Positions 37,397 to 47,269 of a stretch of DNA of 64,000 nucleotides are shown here, piece by piece; the stretch's first letter is position 1, and each line of letters opens with the position of its first letter. A model generated the notes under the pieces. The model saw only the letters and a list, made by a program, of their open reading frames with translations. It searched no databases and was not told the DNA's origin. The position numbers and the translations under genes are program-made. Where the stretch lies: the IMG/VR virus record IMGVR_UViG_3300035162_000505; one strand, 5' to 3'. Origin of the DNA: an uncultured virus (IMG/VR IMGVR_UViG_3300035162_000505). Lineage: Duplodnaviria; Heunggongvirae; Uroviricota; Caudoviricetes.

Positions 37397-39307
37397 TTAA
37401 CTCTCAGGTTTATCATGGGTATAACCCATCTTTTTCATACGCAAATGATCTTCTTCTTTTTCAGCCTTGTGAGCTTCACCAGTTTTAGGATCATACATCA
37501 TGTGTGGAGTAAAGTCTTCTCTTCTAGCCATCTTATCAGCACGTTGACGAATAGAACTAAGTTGCTTCTGAGTATTAGTCATCTTCTTAGGTTTATTATA
37601 CTTCGCCATATGTGCGGCCATCTTCTGAGGATCAATCTTAGGTGCGGCTTCCATCTGCATAGAGTGCTGTCCAGTTTTTCTTACCTTTTCAGCTTCTTTG
37701 CTTGATTTATAAGGTTTACCTTGATTTGTAAAAACGCCCTTAGTCATACGCTGAACTTGATATCCCTTGTTACCAGCCTTGGCAACATTAAGGTGTTTTC
37801 TAACTTCAGGATTATTCTGTCTGGCAAGATCGATAATACGAATAGTTCCTTCAGGAGATTTTGCTTCTTCTACAGATTCTTTTCGCAATGAACTTGCCGC
37901 TCTATTGACTCCCATTGCCTTCATCTTAGCAAGTTTCATGCCATGTTTATTAGAAGTTGCTTTATCTTTTGCCGCCCCAGCACTATTACCTCTCATGCTA
38001 TTTGCCGCTGAACTATTCGCCGCACTATCCTGTTTATCTTTTCTTCCAGCAACTGCTTTGTTATACAAGTAAGGAGATATTTCTCTAACAACAGACTTCA
38101 TTCGCATCTGTTCAAAGGTAAGTTCGTTTTCATTCATTCTCTTAAGAACTGCTTTAATCTGAGGGTGATCAGATAAACCCTTTTTGATTTTCTCTATCGC
38201 TTTGGATGCACCTGTCATGTTATTAGCATACTTCTTATTAGATGCTATGCCTATACCCATCTTAACTTCTTTATCATTATACCTTGCGGAGAAGTGAGTT
38301 CTGACTGTACTACGAGATACTTCGTCAAGATCTTCTTTAATCTTGTCACCCACTTTATATTTTTTGTTGTTCTGACTGAAGTTGCCGCCTTTTTGACCAG
38401 CCTTTGCTTGCTTCATACTCATCTTACGCATATCTCCTTTGTTACCAACCGCTGAGACAACGCCAGTGCCATCAGCATAATAGTATTCAAAAGACCCCAT
38501 TGCTTCATCAAGAGATTCTTTATACATATTCAATTCATATTTACTACCAGTGTTGTAAACTTGAACTTGAATAGAACCCTTGTCACCTTTGAGACGATAC
38601 GTATTCGTCTTACCATTAGATGGCTTACGTGGACCAGATGCAACCTTATCATCAATTTCGCTGGACTTGACTGTAATACCATAGTTCTTTTTGGCAGAAG
38701 CATATGCGTGTTGCATAGCACCAGAGAAGTCTTTGTGGTAAATCTCGTAAGAAGCTTTGGCTTCATCAAGCATCTTCATCTTACCCTTAATGATTAGGGC
38801 AGTGACCGCAGATGTGGAAATCCACTTAATGTCTGCCTTTGCAAGTTGTACGAGTTCTTGATCACCAAACTTCTTAACCATAGCACTCATCTTGATTGCC
38901 GCATCAGTAGAGATACGTTCACCAGTAGTTGCGTACTGCTTTTTTAGTTTATCAATCATCGCAGGGGAAATAGCTTCATCAAGTTCTTCATTCTTCTTAC
39001 CATGATCCATAACCTTTTTACCTAGTGGTGTAAGGTTACCTTTTTTGTCATACATCTGAGCCATTAACTTTTTCTCAGCGGGAGTCAAGTATTCGTTCAC
39101 AGGATGATTACTAGTAGCACCATGCTCCACACCAGCGTTAAGACGTTTACGCATAGCGGCTAAATCAGCAATAGTTTTATCTTTACTCTTGCCCATGGCT
39201 TTTTGAATGCCCTGTGTGCCAGTAGACTGTGCTACTTTTTTAGTAAGGTCTTTGATGCTAATCTCATCAACATTACCTTTTCTCATCTCTTCGAATGTTT
39301 TTGACAT
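37397..39307 (-). CDS. modular Lys-rich protein, likely internal head polyprotein
   Basis: Short modules separated by VDE/LDE/VEE/QME sites. Confidence 0.55.
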   Translation of the reverse strand: MSKTFEEMRKGNVDEISIKDLTKKVAQSTGTQGIQKAMGKSKDKTIADLAAMRKRLNAGVEHGATSNHPVNEYLTPAEKKLMAQMYDKKGNLTPLGKKVMDHGKKNEELDEAISPAMIDKLKKQYATTGERISTDAAIKMSAMVKKFGDQELVQLAKADIKWISTSAVTALIIKGKMKMLDEAKASYEIYHKDFSGAMQHAYASAKKNYGITVKSSEIDDKVASGPRKPSNGKTNTYRLKGDKGSIQVQVYNTGSKYELNMYKESLDEAMGSFEYYYADGTGVVSAVGNKGDMRKMSMKQAKAGQKGGNFSQNNKKYKVGDKIKEDLDEVSRSTVRTHFSARYNDKEVKMGIGIASNKKYANNMTGASKAIEKIKKGLSDHPQIKAVLKRMNENELTFEQMRMKSVVREISPYLYNKAVAGRKDKQDSAANSSAANSMRGNSAGAAKDKATSNKHGMKLAKMKAMGVNRAASSLRKESVEEAKSPEGTIRIIDLARQNNPEVRKHLNVAKAGNKGYQVQRMTKGVFTNQGKPYKSSKEAEKVRKTGQHSMQMEAAPKIDPQKMAAHMAKYNKPKKMTNTQKQLSSIRQRADKMARREDFTPHMMYDPKTGEAHKAEKEEDHLRMKKMGYTHDKPES

Positions 39308-39346
39308 TATGCTAGATCCTTGTCGTGGTATAGTTTTTAAAGTCGA

Positions 39347-40735
39347 TCATGGGTTAATACCTTTATTTTTACGGAGCATTCTTGCTCTTCTTGCTTTATC
39401 TAATATTCTATCATGACGTACTGCTTGAGCATCATCACTTCTTTTTTCTATATCTTTTTCACGATCAATACGCTTACGTGCCATTTGAACAGCGTCTTCT
39501 TCCATCATTTTGTTTACTGCTTTAGTATATTTAGAGGGTTTAGTTTTTGCTGTTTTATCACCCGGGGCTGGCTTGTAAGCAGAGGAATCATTATCTGCCT
39601 TCTTACCATGCTTCTTAAAGTGTCTATCACGTGCAACCTTAGTGGCTGTCTTAAGACCTGAGTGATATCTCTTAGGTTGAGTGCCTTCTCTATCTTTAAT
39701 ATCAGGATCTTGTGTAGACTTTTCTTTCATAGGATCTTGTTTAAGATAAGTTTTTCTAGAAATCTTTGGACCACCATACTCAGCGACACAGTTAGGAACC
39801 ATCTTTTTGCCTTTTGGTTTCATACCAACTTGCTTGTAACCATCCCAACACGCTTCATCTTGGCCGGGGGTCATTTTCTTAGCCTTTGCTGTGGACTCAG
39901 GTGTGCCATAATCAGGCACAATCTTTTCTACAGCCTCAAGCCATTGTCTGGTCTTACCTTCACTGGTCTCAACTATGACATAGTTTGATCCCAACACAGA
40001 TATCCTACCAACCATATCAGTCTTTTTGATAACTACTTCTTCACCTTCAGTAAACAAATTACCGCTAACAAAAGCTTCTCTTGTTTCTGATACTGAATTA
40101 AGTTGTACGTGTCTCTTAAACTCGTTCTGTTCTTTCAATCCCATACCCTTACGTACAGCATTAAACAGTTCCTTCGCATCCTTATTAGATACGTTCTTAG
40201 GAAGACCTTGAGCGAATGTAGTAAAGTCGTTCTCTTTAGCCGCATTCCGTTGTTTAGTAGCAGAAACACCCTCAACACCTTTGGCATTGGGGTCTCTGCC
40301 GCCCACACTTACAAACTTCATAGACTTGAAGTTATAAAATCCGTGACGTGCTTCTTTACCATTATACTTGTTTAAAAGTATTTCGTACTCTCTAGTGCGA
40401 TCAGCATCTGCCATCATCACAACGCTTTTGTAACCTTCGTTATAAAGTTTAACTGCCGCATCTATAGGGTTCTTTACCTTAGTATCCATTATGACAGATC
40501 TGGCGTGTTTCGGAAACATTTTCCTAACAAACTTAATCTTGTCTTTATATCCTAAAGGATTTTTCTTTGCATCGTTTGACTGTGATACAAATACTCTGTA
40601 TGGATTCTTACCAGCCGCTTTAGATACTTTGTCTAAAAGCATACCATGACCCATCGTGGGTGGATTGAATCTACCCATTGTAAAAAATGCTGTCTTTTCT
40701 TCTTCAACTAGAAATTGACTAAATCTATTTATCAT
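39347..40735 (-). CDS. cytidylyltransferase-like (HxGH) protein with modular C-terminus
   Basis: MINRFSQFLVE; GRFNPPTMGH, KNPL, SATKQR. Confidence 0.75.
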   Translation of the reverse strand: MINRFSQFLVEEEKTAFFTMGRFNPPTMGHGMLLDKVSKAAGKNPYRVFVSQSNDAKKNPLGYKDKIKFVRKMFPKHARSVIMDTKVKNPIDAAVKLYNEGYKSVVMMADADRTREYEILLNKYNGKEARHGFYNFKSMKFVSVGGRDPNAKGVEGVSATKQRNAAKENDFTTFAQGLPKNVSNKDAKELFNAVRKGMGLKEQNEFKRHVQLNSVSETREAFVSGNLFTEGEEVVIKKTDMVGRISVLGSNYVIVETSEGKTRQWLEAVEKIVPDYGTPESTAKAKKMTPGQDEACWDGYKQVGMKPKGKKMVPNCVAEYGGPKISRKTYLKQDPMKEKSTQDPDIKDREGTQPKRYHSGLKTATKVARDRHFKKHGKKADNDSSAYKPAPGDKTAKTKPSKYTKAVNKMMEEDAVQMARKRIDREKDIEKRSDDAQAVRHDRILDKARRARMLRKNKGINP

Positions 40736-40736
40736 A

Positions 40737-41165
40737 CTAACCACGTTTTCTTGCTAACTCTGCTTTGCGAATCTTCGGCATAAGTTTTTTAGCGAGTCTG
40801 CCAACCTTACCCGACATCTTATCTAGGCGCTTTTCTATCTCCGCTTTTCTAGAAGGAGTTAGATCTGCCTTAGATATGCCTTTAGTAAGTTTTTTAGTGA
40901 TTGCATTACGTGCGGCTCTACGTGATCTTTTTTCAAGTTTACCTTTATCGGCAACTTTCATAGAAGCTTTCTTACGGCCCATCTTTAAACGTGCCGCAAA
41001 CTTTTTCATTTGTAAACCTTTTTTACGTCTCGCCGCCATGCTCAACGCTTCATCTGTAGGCTCTACAGCTTCTTTTCTTTTCTTAGCATTCAATGCTAGT
41101 TGTGGATCACCCGTTTGTGTGTAGTCCACATTTATATAATCTCTAAAGTTTAATTTCTTCGCCAT
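40737..41165 (-). CDS. basic hypothetical virion protein
   Basis: EALSMAARRK; Arg/Lys rich. Confidence 0.55.
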   Translation of the reverse strand: MAKKLNFRDYINVDYTQTGDPQLALNAKKRKEAVEPTDEALSMAARRKKGLQMKKFAARLKMGRKKASMKVADKGKLEKRSRRAARNAITKKLTKGISKADLTPSRKAEIEKRLDKMSGKVGRLAKKLMPKIRKAELARKRG

Positions 41166-42363
41166 CTACTTTACTTTCTGGTTTATCCCATCCCTTTAAA
41201 ATATTCGGTGAAAAGTTGTTGTATGAAAACTCCATACGATCAACCAATTTCACTGCTTCACCACCTAGTGTATCTATAGCCACGTAACCTTCGGCTTTTG
41301 TGGCCTTGTAGCCACAGTCAGTCTTAACGAAAGTTTTAACTTCACTCACAATATCAAGAGTATTTATAACTTTTATTTTGGCTGAAACTAAGTGTTTTTG
41401 TAAATCGAATATCTTTTTTAGGTCTGATTTAGTGTCAGTAGTAAAGAAAGATAGTATATCATCTAATAGTTCTTGCTGAACAAGCTTGCCTTTAGATGTT
41501 TTCCTCTTATCGATCTCTGTTTGAAACCGTGAAGAGATCCAACCAATGAAGCCTGATACATGACTTGCTGTATCTCCAATGGCTTCGCCCTTCCTAACAA
41601 AAGTATTATTGAATTGCTCAATAAACATTGGTAGAGTTTTATGGGATTGGATATTGTTGAGTGTGTTGCTAGGGATCTTATTGAAGAGTTTACCACACTC
41701 AGATAAATCTTCTGATACTTTTACAATGCTTTCGTTAGTGATGCTCTCATTAATATCCATCATAGAACTAATATAGAACACATCATCACTCTTATGAAAC
41801 GCATTTAGGTCTACACCAAAGGTTGCTTCCATAGTTTCAAAGGAGTTACCCTTATAGGAAGTGTGCCATACGATGCCAATCTTGGCTGAAGTAATGGCCT
41901 TTGCTGTATCTGAATTAGCAGGGACACCATACACAATAGTGTTAGGGTGGAAAGTAACATAATCATTTCCTTCAATAGTTTGCTGTTCCAGATCATCTGA
42001 CTTGAACAGCCAGTCACCTTGGACAACACCTGTGATACCTAGAGAAGGTAAGTGCTTAAGAGCAAGTTTAAGTTTAATGGATAGGCCACCACTAGTATCG
42101 GCATCCACATCTGCATCTGACTTGTAAACTTTAGGAGTTTTGTTGAAGATACCTTTCTTTGCTACGAAGAAAGCCCCATCACTAGGGTCAATACCAGCAA
42201 AGATAGAGGGAGTACCATCCCACTTGACAGAGACAGACCCACTTTGGTCGCTCCTTAATAAGTTCTTTAGTTCACGTACAGCAACGATGGCCTGACGAGT
42301 CCCGTCAACACCACCGTATAGTACCTTATCTTCAAGGTGAGTCATATGTGTATTCTTTGTCAT
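41143..42363 (-). CDS. conserved phage protein (DUF6267-like, nucleotidyltransferase/ligase-like motifs)
   Basis: THLED, VKWDGTP, QGD, FHPNT, EGYV, KLVDRMEFS. Confidence 0.6.
   Translation of the reverse strand: MTKNTHMTHLEDKVLYGGVDGTRQAIVAVRELKNLLRSDQSGSVSVKWDGTPSIFAGIDPSDGAFFVAKKGIFNKTPKVYKSDADVDADTSGGLSIKLKLALKHLPSLGITGVVQGDWLFKSDDLEQQTIEGNDYVTFHPNTIVYGVPANSDTAKAITSAKIGIVWHTSYKGNSFETMEATFGVDLNAFHKSDDVFYISSMMDINESITNESIVKVSEDLSECGKLFNKIPSNTLNNIQSHKTLPMFIEQFNNTFVRKGEAIGDTASHVSGFIGWISSRFQTEIDKRKTSKGKLVQQELLDDILSFFTTDTKSDLKKIFDLQKHLVSAKIKVINTLDIVSEVKTFVKTDCGYKATKAEGYVAIDTLGGEAVKLVDRMEFSYNNFSPNILKGWDKPESKVDGEEIKL
41361..41368 (-). promoter_or_regulatory. T4-type late promoter for the putative virion-protein cluster
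   Basis: TATAAATA ~200 nt upstream of 41165. Confidence 0.55.
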
Positions 42364-42399
42364 ACTTATGTTATACACTGATTCGTTATAAATGTCAAG

Positions 42400-42594
42400 T
42401 CATAATCGCCTAATATATGCTTTTTTTCCTTTGCATTCTGCTTTGAATTGATACTTATCAAAGCCGCTATCAACAAGATCTTTATTCATATTCTGAACCA
42501 TCTTATCCAGATCTTTAAAATCTTTTTGAGTTTCTATAAATCCTAATAGGTCGGGTTCGCTATTGTCTTTTACTAAGATCACCAATCCATCCAA
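42400..42594 (-). CDS. hypothetical protein
   Basis: ORF only; start uncertain. Confidence 0.4.
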   Translation of the reverse strand: MDGLVILVKDNSEPDLLGFIETQKDFKDLDKMVQNMNKDLVDSGFDKYQFKAECKGKKAYIRRL

Positions 42595-42687
42595 TCATAT
42601 TCACTGTTTTTACGTTCTTCCTTGGCCTTACGCAACAGCCACTCGTGGTAGAGTTCGTGTTGAACCCCACCACTATCGTCACTATCC

Positions 42688-43656
42688 TTATGAGGCTGTT
42701 GCATATTCTACAGCCTTATTTACTGCTTTGATCTTACGAGCCTGATTAATACCAAACCATGCTGACTGCATACGTGAGTCTGCGTTACGGCCCATCTTGT
42801 GATCAGTCAAGTAGGTTACTGAGTTAAGTGCTTGCCACCAAGTACCTTCACCAAAGTTAGCGCCCGGCTGTGTATCCAACACTGCGTAAGCATCTTGTGC
42901 GTTCTTTGACAAGTCTTCTACAGTGCTAGGTGCTTCAGAAGTCTTGTGAGTGTATGGAAACACTTCAGCATAATAGTTGATCAAAGCATCTACTGAGAAC
43001 TTTTTAGTTGATAGGAACTCAGCCATATCTTTATACTGTGCAAACTTCTCAGAAGCCAGACCCATTTGCTCTTTAACCATATCAGCATTGAACTTGGTGC
43101 GGTGGTTTAACTTTACAAAGTTAGATGAACGAGTGTTCAAAGAAAATGTAAGTGTATTGTTACACACAACCCGAATAGGTGTAAACCGAATATCGATAGC
43201 CTTGCCATACTCATGTGGATTGCTGAACAACAAATAAGAGTCTACCTGATCTTCACCAAGGATGGAGAATGATTCATTAACCTTTGCCAGAGCAAATACA
43301 TTCCTACCACCCTTTAAAGAACCAGCGGTATTCATTTCCATGTCACCAGCGAGAACATACTCTGAAAAGAACTCAAATGCTTCTGTGTTCTGAACAGGGT
43401 TCCATGCTCCACCAACATTGGTAAGCACCTTGTTATCTGATGAGCGGATCAAAGACTTCTGACCCGTAGGGATCTTATCGCCATTGAAGTCTACATAAGA
43501 CTCAACCTCGTGGACAGTCCAATCTAGACCAGCCTTCGTTTGCATCTGTGCGGGTGATAGTTCATTCGATACCTGAGTACCCAAGCCATGCCAAGGAGTT
43601 TCCCCCGCATAAGCCATTTGTGCTACGCCTTCTACTACTTCTACTTCATGTGCCAT
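42688..43656 (-). CDS. DUF932 / phage-plasmid protein TIGR03299 family
   Basis: MAHEVE, PWHGLG, AGLDW, TAGSLKGG, TPIRVVCNNTL, GTWWQALNSVT. Confidence 0.85.
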   Translation of the reverse strand: MAHEVEVVEGVAQMAYAGETPWHGLGTQVSNELSPAQMQTKAGLDWTVHEVESYVDFNGDKIPTGQKSLIRSSDNKVLTNVGGAWNPVQNTEAFEFFSEYVLAGDMEMNTAGSLKGGRNVFALAKVNESFSILGEDQVDSYLLFSNPHEYGKAIDIRFTPIRVVCNNTLTFSLNTRSSNFVKLNHRTKFNADMVKEQMGLASEKFAQYKDMAEFLSTKKFSVDALINYYAEVFPYTHKTSEAPSTVEDLSKNAQDAYAVLDTQPGANFGEGTWWQALNSVTYLTDHKMGRNADSRMQSAWFGINQARKIKAVNKAVEYATAS

Positions 43657-43667
43657 GATATATCTCC

Positions 43668-43859
43668 TTAAGCAACCATTTGATTACAACTGTAACCGTC
43701 TTCATTTATTTGAGCCTCAAAGGATAATACTTGAGCCTCTTTACGCTCTACTAAAGCTTGTAACGCCCATATAGCACTACGCCGCTCATCTGAAGCGCCT
43801 TCATCTAATGCTGTTAAAGCATCTGTAATAGTGTTAATATCTTCTAAAATATCTATCAA
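43668..43859 (-). CDS. hypothetical early protein
   Basis: AAGGAG-AATCAG-TTG; ALDEGASDERR. Confidence 0.5.
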   Translation of the reverse strand: MIDILEDINTITDALTALDEGASDERRSAIWALQALVERKEAQVLSFEAQINEDGYSCNQMVA

Positions 43860-43907
43860 CTGATTCTCCTTTGTTACCACTTATAGTAACACTTATTTAA
43901 CTTCATG

Positions 43908-44549
43908 TCAAGCGGCAATCTTTTCCCTTGCCATTGCCAACCGCTGATATCCAACAAGCCAATCCTCAGGTTGTTGAACTTTCTGGCTGATAGACATTTT
44001 TAAACCTTGCTCCTTAAAACATTTCTTAAGAAACTTAGCGGCACTTGCCCCTATGAACCGACTAGTCAAACGAACTATACACTGTCGAAAGGATACATCG
44101 TGGTGCATATGACCAGCAACGTGAGCCATCTCATGAAGTAGTGTATAAGCATCCATGCCATTCATAGCGCATAGATCAATGTGTCCACGCCAAGCCCTAC
44201 CAGCGGTTCTACCTCTAAAGGGCCGCACGTTAAGAGTAGGTACTTTACAATCAAGTCCACCACATAGTTCTAACCATAACTTGGAATTTACAATACGCTT
44301 CATATACTTCTGCGCTTCTTTGGCATTGTCAAAATCTACAATATCGTATTTAAACTTTGATTGGAACTTCCACTCTGCCTTGTAAGTCTTAGACTTACCA
44401 CTGTCGGTAAAGGCTGTACGCCCTGTTTTAAAGACACGACTTTTACAGTTTATGTATTTTAAATATTTGTTAATAAGATTATCACTCCAATCTTTGGATT
44501 TCAAATCTCTTATAACATCACCTTGGTTTATATGAGATAGATCTATCAT
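43908..44549 (-). CDS. HEXXH metalloprotease-like (SprT-like) protein
   Basis: TLLHEMAH...HHDVSF. Confidence 0.7.
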   Translation of the reverse strand: MIDLSHINQGDVIRDLKSKDWSDNLINKYLKYINCKSRVFKTGRTAFTDSGKSKTYKAEWKFQSKFKYDIVDFDNAKEAQKYMKRIVNSKLWLELCGGLDCKVPTLNVRPFRGRTAGRAWRGHIDLCAMNGMDAYTLLHEMAHVAGHMHHDVSFRQCIVRLTSRFIGASAAKFLKKCFKEQGLKMSISQKVQQPEDWLVGYQRLAMAREKIAA

Positions 44550-44938
44550 ACAGATTCCTTATAGGTTACAACTTCTAGAAGTTCCTTGAGAAGGACTTTA
44601 CCATAGTCGGTAAACAATACCCCTTGGTCCCAGACCCAATGCTCAACATCCTGTGAATGACAGAAAGTTTCATTCTGAGTCATCCAGCGTAGTGCCACAG
44701 ATCTATCTTCAGCACCCAAGTTAATAATACCTTGGATGGCTGTTTCAAGATTTTCTATAGCTTTGAATTCAGCTATACGTTCTGCTTTTTGATTTTCTTT
44801 AAATGTAAGACCAAGCTCATCCCAAATGGATTGCTTTTCTTCATCACATTCTGCGTAGAAACGATGGTCTCTAGGACGGTATCCATAAACATCTTTATGG
44901 AAGTCTGAAAACAAATCGTTTGAAAATGTAAAACTCAT
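44546..44938 (-). CDS. conserved hypothetical early protein
   Basis: SDFHKDVYGYRPR; GAGG-TGATTCG-AT-ATG. Confidence 0.6.
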   Translation of the reverse strand: MSFTFSNDLFSDFHKDVYGYRPRDHRFYAECDEEKQSIWDELGLTFKENQKAERIAEFKAIENLETAIQGIINLGAEDRSVALRWMTQNETFCHSQDVEHWVWDQGVLFTDYGKVLLKELLEVVTYKESV

Positions 44939-45012
44939 ATCGAATCACCTCTTGCTATACTATTATTCTAGCATGAGTTTAACTTAATGTCAAGAGGAAT
45001 TTTAAATAAAGT

Positions 45013-45213
45013 TTATTTCTTTTTGCGAGACTTCAATATGTCTGCCATCACAACGCTTGCGGTTGTGGGGAATAGACTTGGTGCTACACTATGAACCAGA
45101 AGTACTGGAACTAACATCTGTAACTTAGCGGCTATCTTTAGAGCTTCAGCCATATGCTTTAGGGGTGTTTCGTTGGCATTATTTAAATGCTCTTTACATT
45201 TTGCGCTAAACAT
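45013..45213 (-). CDS. DUF6356-like small protein
   Basis: HL...ET...HM...VHS..P.LFPTTAS. Confidence 0.5.
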   Translation of the reverse strand: MFSAKCKEHLNNANETPLKHMAEALKIAAKLQMLVPVLLVHSVAPSLFPTTASVVMADILKSRKKK

Positions 45214-45447
45214 TAGTTATCCTTTTTTTGCGGAAATCTAGGAAAAATGCATAAAATAGCAAGTATGATCCAAAAAGTAGTAAGCATTATTCTTCCTTTA
45301 TAAAATATTTTTTAATACATGGAATGTGTATTGCTTTTTCACAATAGACCTCACCATCTTCTTGGAATGCTCCCCATAGTATAGGAACACCAACCATAAG
45401 AAATGCGATAAGCGCAAACGATAATGCTAAATGAGACCAACGCACCA

Positions 45448-45708
45448 TCATTCCAATTCTTTTATTCTGGCTTCAAGTTCATCTATCTTCTTAGTCACGT
45501 GTGGATACTTTTTGCGCCATGCGTCCTCTGGTTGCTGTAACCATGTCCATCCATAACGTTCTACTAAAAAGTCTATACATCTATCGACTTGAGCATATGC
45601 CCATAGACCCATACGTGTAGTGCTTAAGTATGCTAGACATACTGCGCCAAGGATACTACCAGCAATGCTAGTATAGATCCATGTTGTATCTGAGAATAAA
45701 GACTCCAT
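45448..45708 (-). CDS. membrane hypothetical protein
   Basis: N-terminal TM; WRKKYP. Confidence 0.55.
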   Translation of the reverse strand: MESLFSDTTWIYTSIAGSILGAVCLAYLSTTRMGLWAYAQVDRCIDFLVERYGWTWLQQPEDAWRKKYPHVTKKIDELEARIKELE

Positions 45709-45841
45709 TATTTTTTAACACCATTTCCTTTTTCAGCCGCTTCAACTTTACGTTCTTTTATCACCTTCAATATAGCAGTCCTCACTTCTTGTGGAGTCTG
45801 TATAGGTGGCACTGCGTAATAAATGGCCCTAGAAGAATCTA

Positions 45842-46027
45842 TCATTGCTTTTCTATATCTGCTAAATCTACTGATAAACATACAACAGATGTATTAGTAT
45901 CTGCGACTAAGACTTCTGCCCTCTGTCTATATTGCTCACACATTGTTCTGTTTTCAAAGGTGTCCAACTGATAATGCTCAACAGGCATTCCAGCATTGAT
46001 CTGTAACCAAACTAATATCCAAGCCAT
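45842..46027 (-). CDS. hypothetical protein
   Basis: W.LVW...C...C pattern; AAGGA RBS. Confidence 0.5.
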   Translation of the reverse strand: MAWILVWLQINAGMPVEHYQLDTFENRTMCEQYRQRAEVLVADTNTSVVCLSVDLADIEKQ

Positions 46028-46039
46028 ATAAAAATCCTT

Positions 46040-46264
46040 TTAAACTCCGTTATCCGATATCGGTAACCAACTAGTACATTTCGCATAAGCAACCTCATGA
46101 CCATTAGTTGTCTCAGGATATCTTTCAAAATATAGAACCCTTATATTAATAGATGCCCAACAGGTCTCTTCTGTTTTATACTTCGCTTTGCCATAGGCAA
46201 CACTACAAGTTTCAAAGGATCTTTCAACATCCATTAAACACATCATTATAGCGGCTGTAAACAT
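46040..46264 (-). CDS. hypothetical Cys-containing protein
   Basis: AGGAG RBS; TATAAATA at 46282-46289. Confidence 0.55.
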   Translation of the reverse strand: MFTAAIMMCLMDVERSFETCSVAYGKAKYKTEETCWASINIRVLYFERYPETTNGHEVAYAKCTSWLPISDNGV

Positions 46265-46293
46265 AACATTCTCCTAATTGTTATTTATATATT

Positions 46294-46788
46294 TTATCCA
46301 TACACACAACCAACAATATGAACTCTAGAGTTCTTCGAAGCATTAACTGCCGTGTGACGTAAGGTTGTATTTGTTAGATATACTTTTCCAATTTCAAGTA
46401 TATAATTTTTATTGTCTATCACCATGAAGCAATCATCATTTGTGATAAGTGGTATGTGTATGCGTTTAGTCATGTCTTGATGTAATGTTAAACACGTTTT
46501 AGGATCACTCTGCATAATCCTAGTACGTAACATTCCATACTTTTCCATCAACCTATTTATGATAGGTAGTTCGAATAAAGAATATTTGAAGTAGGTCTCA
46601 GGGTATTGTAGTTTATCTACTCTACCAATAGAAGATCCCCACTCTTTCAATGGATCTAAGTCTGGCTTGTGTCCTTGGATACCCACCTGACCTATGTTAG
46701 CCCAGCCTTTATTCAACATCACTTTAACTGTATTGGCTTCTTCTAAAACTTTTAGGTGGTCAATCTCTTCTAATACTTCTATATGCAT
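46294..46788 (-). CDS. 2OG-Fe(II) oxygenase (Asp/Asn beta-hydroxylase-like)
   Basis: LTLHQD, RIHIPLITN, HTAVN, RVHIV. Confidence 0.7.
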   Translation of the reverse strand: MHIEVLEEIDHLKVLEEANTVKVMLNKGWANIGQVGIQGHKPDLDPLKEWGSSIGRVDKLQYPETYFKYSLFELPIINRLMEKYGMLRTRIMQSDPKTCLTLHQDMTKRIHIPLITNDDCFMVIDNKNYILEIGKVYLTNTTLRHTAVNASKNSRVHIVGCVYG

Positions 46789-46871
46789 AATATTCCCTAA
46801 AGTAGATGGGGGCTAACCATGGCCCCCTACGCACCTATTTAGCGGTGAACCTATCCAAAATATATTTTAGA

Positions 46872-47243
46872 TTAGAATGCGAATGACATACCGATAGTTG
46901 TGTCACCGAAATCTAGATCTCCATCAGAAGATATCTTACCAAAAAGAGACATACCATCAAAACCTAATGGGTAAGTTCCTTTTACGTCTACACCTTGGAA
47001 CACATCTACAGTTGAACCACCATCAAAACCTAATAGGTCGAAGTTGGATGTTACTGATGTGCCGATTCCCCAAACGCTTGTGCTCACTTTTGGCATTACT
47101 TTTAATGCCCAGATGCCTGAGTCAACGTTCATTGAAGTTTCAACTTCTCCACCAAAGTCTAGTCCCATGCTGGAAGAACCTTCGGCTGAAGCTTGGTTTG
47201 CAACTAGAAGTGCTGTTGCTGTTGCGATTACTGCGAGTTTCAT
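46872..47243 (-). CDS. small outer-membrane beta-barrel/porin-like protein
   Basis: Signal peptide (ASA), amphipathic beta pattern, C-terminal GMSFAF. Confidence 0.65.
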   Translation of the reverse strand: MKLAVIATATALLVANQASAEGSSSMGLDFGGEVETSMNVDSGIWALKVMPKVSTSVWGIGTSVTSNFDLLGFDGGSTVDVFQGVDVKGTYPLGFDGMSLFGKISSDGDLDFGDTTIGMSFAF

Positions 47244-47269
47244 TTATTTTCCTAATATGAAGTTTAAGT

